Assembly (NCBI GenBank): GCA_965240325.2 | Contig: OZ251224.1 | Span: forward strand, 248,001-312,000 | DNA: 64,000 nucleotides | Reading direction: 5' to 3' | From: Rebecca billardiae RCC1528 | Taxonomy: Eukaryota; Protista; Haptophyta | In this document: positions 37,001 to 45,532 of the stretch, one piece after another | Numbering within the stretch: position 1 is the stretch's first letter | Layout: the number at the start of each line of letters is the position of its first letter | The notes under the pieces: generated by a model | The model's database searches: none | Told to the model about the DNA's origin: nothing | The model's input: only the letters and a program-made list of their open reading frames with translations | Position numbers and translations under genes: made by a program

Positions 37001-40000
37001 CCGCGTTGAGATAGCCGGTGAGCAGGCCACTGTCCCCTCCATCGGACCAGACACCCACTTTGAGTACCTCGGATACGTCCTCACCCTCCACCTCGATTGG
37101 TCAAAGCACGCCGCAAAACTGGAGACAAAGCTGCGCGCGGCCTCCTGGAAAGTGGCAGTAGCGGCCAGGGACCCGGCCTGCCACACTGTGACCACAGGCA
37201 CTCTCCTCCAGCATGACGTGGTCTCTGTGGCAGGCTACTACCTGGCTGCGAGCGATGTGCGCCGCTACGGCATCACAGACAAAATGCGCGCCATCGTGAT
37301 GGACATCGTGTGGGGCAGAGCTGGTCTCCCGCCCTCCGCGGCCCGCATAGCAGGCAGTGGGCCAGCCCCCAGCATGGGGATAGGCCCGGAGGAGCCGAGC
37401 GCCCTGCAGGCCGGGGTGCAAGCGGCTGCCCTCCTTCGGACTGCCAACAGCCCCACACAAGTGGGCCTGCTCACCAGGACCTGCCTGGAGGCACACCGAC
37501 AACAACCGGCCAGCGGAACACTGGCGCCCCCTGCAGTGAGAGGCGGAATGGAGGCCCTGTCGCTCGCGCCCAGGGGCACAGAGCCATGGCTGCTGGCCTG
37601 CTCCGCAACACTGGCCAACCTGACCCTGCGAGAGGCCTGCAGGTCCCCCCTCATCCCTAGCAGGGCCTCTGATCAGGAGAGACTAGTGGAGCTGTTAGCG
37701 GACTGGGACGCGCGGGACTACGCAGCCCTGGGCGACACCCCCATGGGCACCCTGCTGCAGGCTGCAAGTGCAGGGGGAGACGGCCAGCCTAGCCCGATGG
37801 AGAGCAGCATCCTGAGCGATAATGGCACGTCCATGGAACGCCTGCTCAACGCACAGGGCACCCCAGCTCTCAGCCATCTCACACACACTGGCAGCAGCAT
37901 GGTGTGGACGGCTGTGCAGCACCACGCAGGAGCTGCGGAAGCAATGGCAGGCCTCATTGTCCGCACTGCGGTAAAACTGGCCACGAGCCCCGCAAATTTC
38001 CTGTACACCGCCCATCTGCAGGAAGCCAGAACGGCCGCCTATGAGGCAGATGTGCCCACTGCACCAGCAGACGTGACCCAGGCAGCAGCCACCGTCACAG
38101 CGGGGGTAGATGGGTCGTACAAGCCAGACACAGCCACAGGGGCCGCTGGGGCCGCCTACATTGTACATGCCCGTGGCGCAGGCCGGCTGCGAGACCAGGA
38201 GTGCGTGCGCCTGGCAAGTGCCACATACCACGGGCAGCAGACTGCAGCCAACTCGGAGGTGGCATCTGCCACACTCCTCACCAAACTCCTGGCTGGCCTA
38301 CCAGGTAGCACCATTCATGTCAGCTGGGACTGCGACGATGCACTCAAGCACCTCCTCTGGGCCAGGCCAGCGTTGGACTCCGCAGCAGGGGGCCAGGCAG
38401 CCCAGCCAAATACCACCCGCCCCCCAGGCTGGGAGCCCAGAATGAGCAAGAATCAGGCCCACAACCCGCACATGTCCAGGCTCCTGCATGTGATTGACGA
38501 GTGCTCTTGCGGCACCACCTGGATGTACTACCCCCAAATGAGCGGCCACTCACGCGGAAGGGGTGGACCATCACTGGACGATATGGTGCGCGAAATTCTC
38601 CAGCCGGAACCGGACGCGTCGGGCGGCACCTACACAGTGCCCCCTCCCCAGCTGGCATCGCTGCGCAGAGCCACCAGGGCCTTCGTGGGCACCGAACCTT
38701 CCTCCGAAGACGTAGACCGCACTGTATGCAACCTGTGTGCGTACTGGGCAGCCAAGCGAGTGGCTGTGGATGGCATGGACCCATCACACAGGCTAGGAAA
38801 GAACGTCTGGCTCCCTGCAGCATATGGGCTGGTGGACACTGCAGGGGCTCTCCTGCAGTCAGGGCCCCTCCCTGTCAGGAGGCTGGTAATAGAGCGCGCC
38901 CGCAGAGCAGCCCTGGAGGCGCGCCTGGATCCCACCCCTGGCAACGACGAGTCCCCCGAACAGGCGGCAGAGAGGCAGCGCAGGAGCGCCAAGTACGCCA
39001 TCAAGATGGGGGACGACTCCCTACACACCCAGGAATCCACCCTCTCGCTGCAGAACCAGTTCACCAAGCCAGAGCGCCTCACCAAGTTCGTCCTCAGGTG
39101 CTGCGTCGGGGCGCTGGAGTATAATCAAGATGCTGCGGGGGCCAACCCAGGATTGGATGCAGTCCCATATAGCCAGCAATGGCCGGACTGCACGCTGGGC
39201 ACCGAATGTCTGTTCTGCCTCGAGGCAGGATCGGACGCCCCTGGGCCGGACTCTGCCACGCACGTCTTCTGTGACTGCCCCCACGCCGACGCCAGGAGCA
39301 TGGCACAGCATAGCATCATCCGGATGCTTGACAAGCGCACTGGCGGCAGGATGCCGATGCAAGACAGGCAAGACCTGGCAGAGCAGGCTACAGCCCACCG
39401 GCACTACTATGCGGGCCAGATCCCCAAGGCAGTAGTGGCAGCCGCCCAGGAGAGCGCAAAACAGTACCCCTGGCGGACCGCGCGGGACGGGGGAGACAGT
39501 AACAGCGCCTCTGCCGATGCAGACCAGTCAGACGAGCAGGATGGCCAGCCAGCCGGGCGGGACGGCAGCTACAAGGTGGGAAGCTTACACTCTACCATCG
39601 TCAGCGTCACCACCCACATCCACCACAAGCGCCTCGAGCTAGCTACAGCTGGGACGGAGGGCCGCCAGCGCCGGTACGACCTCGCACACTTCCTCACCGC
39701 TCTCCGCCGCGGCCGCCTCACAGGGGGAGCGAGCCCCAGAGATGGGCAGACCCAGGGATCGTCCGCCAGCGGCCCAAGACTCACACCCTCCCCTGACCGA
39801 ACACAGGGCTCCCGACCCCCATCAAGCAGCCAGGAGGGCCCAGCAGGGGGGCGCCAGCCCCCGGCCGGCAGCAGGGCCCCTCCACCCCCTGGCCCACTGG
39901 CCCAGCAGGAACCTGGCCAACAGGCCCTCAATGCCTACTATGCAGCAGCTGAACTGCAGGATGCTGACGTCGATGGCACTGGTGCCAACTGCGGGTTCCT

Positions 40001-40526
40001 TGCGGTACTGGGCGTCACCCGCGCAGGGGCCCGCGAAGACCCAGCAGGGGCAACCAGGAGCGCCCAGGCACTGAGGCAAGCCACCGTACACCACGCCCTG
40101 TCCCTGAGTGCGCAGCACCAGGGGGTCCTGGCGGCCGCAGTGGCCCCCCAGCCGGCCCACCTCGAGCCCAATGGGAGCGCACAGAGGGCAGCAGCAGCGG
40201 CTGCCACCCTGGGCACGGTTCGAGAGGCTGGCACCCCGTTGGCAGATGCACTCCTCCCCTGTGTGGCAGCAGGGGCGAACACCACAGTCGTCCTGGTCAC
40301 CAGAGACCCTCACACCGGCGCCCCTCTTCGTATGGTCCAGGTCTTCCACAGCCCAGGCTCCCCCCAGTACAACCGGCACGACCCGCTGCACATTGAGGTG
40401 CTACCCTGGCCCCAAGTGGCCACCAGGCTGGCAGCGGGCGCACTCGGACAGACCAGGGTCATCTCTCACTGGAGAGGCCATTACAGGACCACAGTCCCAA
40501 GGGCACTGCCAGGTCAGGCCCACTGA
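34047..40526 (+). CDS. ORF2 polyprotein: AP endonuclease - reverse transcriptase - RNase H - zinc knuckle - OTU-like cysteine protease
   Basis: APE: GNVGG, DIVLLQET, GVAI, GGDAN, RLDYIF. RT: APGLDG, YRGVAL, DISKAFDRV, GCKQGCPLSP, YMDD (36828-36839), YLGY. RNH: VDGS...SEV...WDC...GH. Knuckle: CLFC...HVFCDC. OTU-like: DGTGANCGFLAV...HWRGHY. Confidence 0.93.
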   Translation: MIQGHRQAGTARQTSEQAAAGRPQARGPGNRAEERSLTIACGNVGGMAGLTRRARLQSILDTKRWDIVLLQETALTRDKATQDILSGYTTYHDPMPPNSCSGRGVAIAVRKDGRLPLSRLEVTRSGTEGGQDTAGYMLQGRLVFTTARGTSFVVEATSFYIPPHSNRNRATILPWVTEVLRTGTPLHTGRQDLLRLAGGDANGTWEVGEALRRLDTTRAFTAHRPGDFKAAMETVTDLHNMKPTGSFNPATEYTHSSGNTLARLDYIFTNMAELTQHFWHSDPLLEDACIPALPNGDGSTHHFLQGRIPLHKLRGATRPVVHELYRPYRFYINLAHGETVKELKAALSDPVESDIRRLDDVHTHAHLFAAPVATITAAQPQVVSDMEEALPAVLEWLASVATDRVTSALDSSQQPRETTVAPGRRAPKAIAPNALRDFKLGNAYRRQVAVITRLQQIRPGASEQHGEVHTGFRYSSHSRHGRLAEPVRLAKALDSYESALTTANVPPEGMPQLPGLPFPTLEAIYQAGPASTAQWLSELKARQALHQNEYELLQREHEDTLAKDRTRKIQDDMRRKCTRHFRKMLFPKSNHAGFEMMMLNDLDAGSGKITSDPSKIKRYAEAHTANNVGTAPSCRQGPAIEDTNEAVWEEIRSRWTPAQRALESSLLDLEGLRSLLAKADSNAAPGLDGIQVCALKLLIKINKAFEGILVNIVNTILRAAAVPAHLKDAELAYFYKGKGDPHDLNNYRGVALQSTVYKLAAAHRARCIQSICDQLGLISPEQAAASKHGQPELQVAALVAAMTHAKASSAEIHVTTCDISKAFDRVPHESLRKALFLHGFSAQLIDELDRLDAHSVATTRTPYGHTDKVPILRGCKQGCPLSPIKFCLFMNMFIASYSASHPDHGYSFPAARHDAGAGDSLKVRILGYMDDIAFLAESETDSAAQVRALGLFLSAHGMALNPSKCVHAKKGRGRGAHGVPPLPPLRVEIAGEQATVPSIGPDTHFEYLGYVLTLHLDWSKHAAKLETKLRAASWKVAVAARDPACHTVTTGTLLQHDVVSVAGYYLAASDVRRYGITDKMRAIVMDIVWGRAGLPPSAARIAGSGPAPSMGIGPEEPSALQAGVQAAALLRTANSPTQVGLLTRTCLEAHRQQPASGTLAPPAVRGGMEALSLAPRGTEPWLLACSATLANLTLREACRSPLIPSRASDQERLVELLADWDARDYAALGDTPMGTLLQAASAGGDGQPSPMESSILSDNGTSMERLLNAQGTPALSHLTHTGSSMVWTAVQHHAGAAEAMAGLIVRTAVKLATSPANFLYTAHLQEARTAAYEADVPTAPADVTQAAATVTAGVDGSYKPDTATGAAGAAYIVHARGAGRLRDQECVRLASATYHGQQTAANSEVASATLLTKLLAGLPGSTIHVSWDCDDALKHLLWARPALDSAAGGQAAQPNTTRPPGWEPRMSKNQAHNPHMSRLLHVIDECSCGTTWMYYPQMSGHSRGRGGPSLDDMVREILQPEPDASGGTYTVPPPQLASLRRATRAFVGTEPSSEDVDRTVCNLCAYWAAKRVAVDGMDPSHRLGKNVWLPAAYGLVDTAGALLQSGPLPVRRLVIERARRAALEARLDPTPGNDESPEQAAERQRRSAKYAIKMGDDSLHTQESTLSLQNQFTKPERLTKFVLRCCVGALEYNQDAAGANPGLDAVPYSQQWPDCTLGTECLFCLEAGSDAPGPDSATHVFCDCPHADARSMAQHSIIRMLDKRTGGRMPMQDRQDLAEQATAHRHYYAGQIPKAVVAAAQESAKQYPWRTARDGGDSNSASADADQSDEQDGQPAGRDGSYKVGSLHSTIVSVTTHIHHKRLELATAGTEGRQRRYDLAHFLTALRRGRLTGGASPRDGQTQGSSASGPRLTPSPDRTQGSRPPSSSQEGPAGGRQPPAGSRAPPPPGPLAQQEPGQQALNAYYAAAELQDADVDGTGANCGFLAVLGVTRAGAREDPAGATRSAQALRQATVHHALSLSAQHQGVLAAAVAPQPAHLEPNGSAQRAAAAAATLGTVREAGTPLADALLPCVAAGANTTVVLVTRDPHTGAPLRMVQVFHSPGSPQYNRHDPLHIEVLPWPQVATRLAAGALGQTRVISHWRGHYRTTVPRALPGQAH

Positions 40527-40600
40527 GGCCACTGGCCCGCAGGCAGAACTCAGGCTGGCCAGAGGCCCCTGCTGGGGAGGGTGGGGGAACTGCCCAAGCG

Positions 40601-40602
<2 letters not shown>

Positions 40603-40638
<36 letters not shown>
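40603..40638 (+). repeat. Poly-G tract (36 G) in the element 3' UTR
   Basis: Directly visible. Confidence 0.9.
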
Positions 40639-40639
<1 letters not shown>

Positions 40640-40714
40640 GGATGAGCTCAACCAGAACCACCAGGCCCAGCAGAGACACGACCATCCCCCACAAGTACCG
40701 GAACCAGTCCCCGA

Positions 40715-41379
40715 CGGCGAGTCCAACTACTACTAACTTCGGCGAGTCCAACTACTACAAACTTCGGCGAGTCCAACTACTACTAACTTCGGCAAGTCCA
40801 ACTACTACTAACTTCGGCGAGTCCAACTACTACTAACTTCGGCGAGTCCAACTACTACTAACCTCGGCGAGTCCAACTACTACTAACCTCGGCGAGTCCA
40901 ACTACTACGCTAACTTCGGGGAGTCCAACTACTACTACTAACTTCGGCGAGTCCAACTACTACTAACTTCGGCGAGTCCAACTACTACTACTAACTTCGG
41001 CGAGTCCAACTACTACTAACTTCGGCGAGTCCAACTACTACTAACTTCGGCGAGTCCAACTACTACTAACTTCGGCGAGTCCAACTACTACTAACTTCGG
41101 CGAGTCCAACTACTACTAACTTCGGGGAGTCCAACTACTACTACTAACTTCGGCGAGTCCAACTACTACTAACTTCGGCGAGTCCAACTACTACTAACTT
41201 CGGCGAGTCCAACTACTACTAACTTCGGCGAGTCCAACTACTACTAACTTCGGCGAGTCCAACTACTACTAACTCAGGCGAGTCCAACTACTACTAACTT
41301 CGGCGAGTCCAACTACTACCAACTTCGGCGAGTCCAACTACTACTACCTCAGGCGAGTCCAACTACTACTAACTTCGGC
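40715..41379 (+). repeat. Tandem array of 26 x 25-bp unit CGGCGAGTCCAACTACTACTAACTT
   Basis: 26 (G/A)AGTCC cores counted; head-to-tail with no spacers; few variants. Confidence 0.97.
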
Positions 41380-41518
41380 CACAACATCATCCACCAGCTG
41401 CTGACCAAGAACAGGCTACACCATCGTCCACCATGACCTGCCACTGACCAAGTAGGCGACGACATCATCCGCACCAGCTGCTGACCAAGTAGGGGACGGC
41501 CTGGCCGACGCCAACATG

Positions 41519-41717
41519 CTCACTCGCCTTTGATTTCGTACCCATGCACTTCCTGGTGGGCCTGACGACGTCCGGACGACGACAACAACGACATCCGCCA
41601 TGGGGACCAACATCAACGCGCTCACACCACTGCCACTGCTGCAAGCTTCGACCAGTACCACTACAGACGAATCAGGAGAGCTGCGCCCTCGTGCCTGTGT
41701 CTTTAAATCATAGAATT
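41519..41717 (+). repeat. ~200-bp dispersed repeat; inverted copy at 42756-42969 plus an extra partial copy at 42970-43014
   Basis: CTCACTCGCCTTTGATTT...GTGCCTGTGTCTTTAAATCATAGAATT matches the reverse complement of 42756-42969 with small indels. Confidence 0.88.
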
Positions 41718-41923
41718 GGTCCAGTTTCTTTTTCCACCGCATCATTCTTTTTTGAATCGGACGCAAATCAGATCGATCGAGTGAAAAGCCGAGAGCCGCG
41801 AGTCAGTTTCTGCTCGCGAGAGCTGGTCGTCTGCCATCGTTGGCCCCATCGAGCTCCCGCCCTTGGCAACGTCCGCGTGCCGAGTGGCCGCTCGAGCAGC
41901 TGGTGTGCGGGCGAGCTGAGAGT

Positions 41924-42163
41924 ATGCGGCCAGAAGTGGCTGGCGATGAGAAGAGTGACCCCTGGCATGGCACTGTGGGCCAGCGCAAAGGGCCGATCTA
42001 CACTGCCGAGCAGGTGAAGGTGCCGGAGGAGCTGCAGAACATCTTGCGACTCTGGACCAAAGAGCTGCTCAAGGAGAAGCCAAAGGACATCGTGGCCTTC
42101 TCCGCATCGTACTTTGCCGAGAAGGCGAAGGAGTCCAGAACACCTGCCGCCTCAGGGACATGA
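41924..42163 (+). CDS. Small RIIa dimerization/docking-domain protein (ropporin/RSP11-like)
   Basis: IYTAEQVKVPEELQNILRLWTKELLKEKPKDIVAFSASYF matches the ropporin-type D/D consensus; ATG 41924. Confidence 0.8.
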   Translation: MRPEVAGDEKSDPWHGTVGQRKGPIYTAEQVKVPEELQNILRLWTKELLKEKPKDIVAFSASYFAEKAKESRTPAASGT

Positions 42164-42574
42164 GGGCTGCGGCCTGCTGCATTGATCTGCCCGCCAATCT
42201 AAACGCGAATGGAGATTGAGACGGCAGGGCTTGGCCGAGACGTTCGCGAGCAGCACCAGCAAATGCCGTGGTGGAGAATGGGGTCACCCCACGTCGGAGG
42301 ACAGTCGCTTCTCGTGGTGCCCTATCGTCGCCCATCTTGCGCCGAAATGGAGCAGCTCGTGGCCCACTGATCAAATCTAATGCAACCCGCGGCGCCGTCA
42401 ATACCGTCTTCGGATCAGTGGCATCCGATCAGAGGGCCCGGACCGTAGACCGATCGAGACTGTCTTCGGAGTGTCTGAGACGCACGCTACGATGATAGGA
42501 TTCGGTCCGAAATACAACTTCGCGCGCGATGATGACGACGATGATGAACTCAGCTGATATGCTATATATGCTAT

Positions 42575-42575
<1 letters not shown>

Positions 42576-42619
<44 letters not shown>
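42576..42619. repeat. (GATA)n microsatellite
   Basis: Directly visible. Confidence 0.95.
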
Positions 42620-43730
42620 CCGGATGGAGTCAGTCGCGTAGCTGCACCTGCAGTCAGAATGAGCCACTCATACAATTCATAGATCCGCGGATCGACGATT
42701 CGACGGTGCTTTTTAACATTCCCCTGCTTTATAACGGGCTCCGGGTGATCAGACTAATTCTATGATTTAAAGACACAGGCACGAGGGCGCAGCTCTCCTG
42801 ATTCGTCTGTAGTGGTACTGGTCGAAGCTTGCACTTGCAGCAGTGGCAGTGGTGTGAGCACGTTGAGTGACGTTCCGCGAGGTCGCCATGGTGGACGTCG
42901 TTGTTGTCGTCGTCGACGTCGTCAGGCCCACCGGGGAGATGTTTGGGTACCAAATCAAAGGCGAGTGAGACTAATTCTATGCGATTTAAAGACACAGGCA
43001 CGAGGGCGCAGCTCACTCCTGTTTCGTCTGTCGTCTGTCGAAGTACTGAATGGACTATGGAGTGGCGGCCGATGCGCCCTTACGTAATTTTGATTTAGTC
43101 GCTGCTTATTTACAAATATAATATACTCATCAGTTATTTCATATCGATCATCAGTAATATTTCTAAGACTAAGTGTCTAAGAAGTAAGATGCGCGGCCAT
43201 GCCGGCCATCGGCATCGCTGTCCCGGATCGTCGTCAGTCTGGCGTATAGCCCACGGTGCGGCCGCCGGCGCCGGGCGCGGCCGGCCGCTGGGGCCCGCCG
43301 GGGGGCGGCCGGCCCGCCGCGCCCGGCCGCGCCCGGTGCGGAGCAGCGGACTCACTCGGATTCGGAGCGTCCAGCAGCGCGGCGCAGCGCCGGGGCCCGG
43401 GCCCGCGACCCATCGTGATCGCGGAGCTCAGAGAGCCGCGGACACAGGCTGCCTCTGGCTGTTCGGTGCCCCTGCCCCAGGCACCAACACACATAAAGGA
43501 GTGATGAGGCGCACGTTGCGAGCTGCTGATGATCATGACGATGCGGCCGCCTGACTGTCTGCCTCCGTCCGCGCCGGTTCCGTGAGCGTCCGCGCCGCGG
43601 TTGCCCGGGGTCGGATCAGACCAGCTCATCCAGCCTGCACGGCCAGAAGCGCATTCGCGCCCCGGACGCAGCCCCCCGCGCTTGCGACTCGTGGCACGCG
43701 CGTGTCGGCTGTCCTCGCGCTGCGCAGGCC

Positions 43731-45404
43731 TCAGCGCCTTTTCTTCTTCTTCTTGGCGGCAGCGGCGGCGTTGTCGCTCGGCGCAGCGGCCGCGCCAGAG
43801 CCCGCGGCAGCGTCGACGATGTCCAAGACGTCGAGCTGCAGGATGTCCGCCGAGCAGCCGAGCAGCGTGCCCACGTTGGGCAGCGTGCGCCCAAAGTCGC
43901 CGTGCACAAACTCCTTGACGTACGTGCCCGACTGTGTGACGAGGTCGAGCAGCAGGTAGTGGGCGCTGATCCGCTCCGCGCGCATCGAGTGGACGGTGCG
44001 CGGCCGCGTGTGCAGCGGGCGGCGGTGCAGCACGCGGATCGGCGTCTTCTGCTGCAGCACCACGTCGGTGCGCGCGCCGAGCGCGGCGTCGAGCTCGGCC
44101 TGCGTGACCGCCCTCGAGACCCACACGACGCAGCGGTACGCCTTGCGGTAGTCCTCTTCCTCCTCCCGGTCCGAGCGCACGAGCTGGCCGATCGAGCTCG
44201 GCGCCACCACGCGCAGCTCGCTCACCTGCGGCGGTGCGCGCGCGCGCGCGCGCGGAGGGGTGTGTGCGGCGGCGCGGGCGTGTGAGCACCGCGCGCGGCG
44301 CGGCGCAGCCGCGCGGCAGGCGCGGGCGCACGCCACCTGCACGTCGTCGCAGCTGCGGTTGATCTCCTCCTCGAGCTCGCGCAGCACGCTGCCCACCGCC
44401 GTGTGTGCGCGCACGTCTGTCGGCTCGAGCAGCTCGAGCACGAACGGTCGGCCCGCGCCCAGCATGCGCACGTCGACGTCCTCGCGCCCGCTGGCGTGGA
44501 AGGAGCCGCTCGAGCCGGCGTACGCGCGGAGCAGCACGCCCTCGATGCGCTCCTGCACCGACGTCACGCCGCGCTTGATCCCATCGAGCCACCACGGCGT
44601 CTGCGGCATGTCGCGCGCCAGCTTGACGTACCGGCCGCCCACGCACACGGGCGCGTGCGCGCACTCGACGCTGAAGCTGGGCGGCTCGCGCGCGTCGAGC
44701 GGCGGGGGCGGGTACAGCCCGGCGCTCTGCAGCCGCGCGCGCGCGTTCACGTCGTACTGCGCCTTCAGGATCGTGCGCATCGACGTCGGCGCCGCGTCGT
44801 CCCTCCGCTGCCGCTTGGCGCCCGCCACCGGCCGGCCAAGCACAGCCGCCTCGTGCTCCGCGCGCGCGTGGTCGATCACGACGGTGACCTTGTACGCGGA
44901 CTGGTCGTCGCGCGCGCTGGAGAGGGCAGCCTCGAACGCCGGCGCGATGCGCGCGCGGAGCACGGCCTTCGGGTCCGCCAGGTTGTCGTACGGCGGCAGC
45001 GACGAGCGGCCGACCATCTCGCACGCGTGCAGCCACGCGCTGCGCTGCCGCACGATGAAGGAGGAGGGCAGGCTGATCTCGAGAGCGAAGGTGGGCGAGC
45101 CGATCGCTTTGGAGCGGAGCATGCCGACCAGCTCCTCCACACGCGCCTCGTCGTCGAAGAGCTCGAGCAAGCCCAGGCAAACGCTGCACGTGGCTGGGTC
45201 GGGCGCGCCCTCGGGCGGCACAGCCTGCTCGCCCAGCTCACGCGCCAGGTAGCCGCGCACGTCCGCCGACGGCCGCGCGCCCAGCTCAGCCGACGTGATG
45301 CCCAGGAAGCGGAGGACACATGACGGGCACAGGTGCATGCCCTCGAGGCACGGCACCAGCCGTCCGCCGATGGCTCGAGTTCTCTCGTCGAGCGTCGTCG
45401 CCAT
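43731..45404 (-). CDS. PUS10: tRNA pseudouridine synthase Pus10 (2 exons)
   Basis: GGRYVKLARDMPQTPW, FHASGREDVDVRMLG..RPF, QKTPIRVLHRR, TQSGTYVKEFVHGDFGRT; intron 44336-44226. Confidence 0.96.
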   Translation of the reverse strand: MATTLDERTRAIGGRLVPCLEGMHLCPSCVLRFLGITSAELGARPSADVRGYLARELGEQAVPPEGAPDPATCSVCLGLLELFDDEARVEELVGMLRSKAIGSPTFALEISLPSSFIVRQRSAWLHACEMVGRSSLPPYDNLADPKAVLRARIAPAFEAALSSARDDQSAYKVTVVIDHARAEHEAAVLGRPVAGAKRQRRDDAAPTSMRTILKAQYDVNARARLQSAGLYPPPPLDAREPPSFSVECAHAPVCVGGRYVKLARDMPQTPWWLDGIKRGVTSVQERIEGVLLRAYAGSSGSFHASGREDVDVRMLGAGRPFVLELLEPTDVRAHTAVGSVLRELEEEINRSCDDVQVACARACRAAAPRRARCSHARAAAHTPPRARARAPPQVSELRVVAPSSIGQLVRSDREEEEDYRKAYRCVVWVSRAVTQAELDAALGARTDVVLQQKTPIRVLHRRPLHTRPRTVHSMRAERISAHYLLLDLVTQSGTYVKEFVHGDFGRTLPNVGTLLGCSADILQLDVLDIVDAAAGSGAAAAPSDNAAAAAKKKKKRR

Positions 45405-45532
45405 CGTCGTCGTCTCTTTTCTTTCATCCCGGTCGTGTGCAATTTGTGCTGTGCAGTACCTATTAAAAAACTCGCGCCCGCCGCCATCGTGCCAAGGGCC
45501 GTGATCGTGCGTTCATTCGCGACCTCCGCGCG

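Larger units (their letters stand above)
32420..41379 (+). mobile_element. Apparently intact non-LTR retrotransposon (APE-RT-RNH type) with OTU-like domain and 3' tandem-repeat array; both boundaries approximate
   Basis: Shift to A/C-rich, CpG-poorer composition at ~32420; ORF1 plus 2159-aa ORF2; G36 tract; 25-bp array; no TSD identified. Confidence 0.88.

Noticed and set aside
40715-41379. 25-bp array as a CRISPR array or a hidden repeat-encoded ORF
   Set aside because: There are no unique spacers. The unit is not a multiple of 3, and reading through hits TAA every 75 nt on plus and TAG runs on minus.
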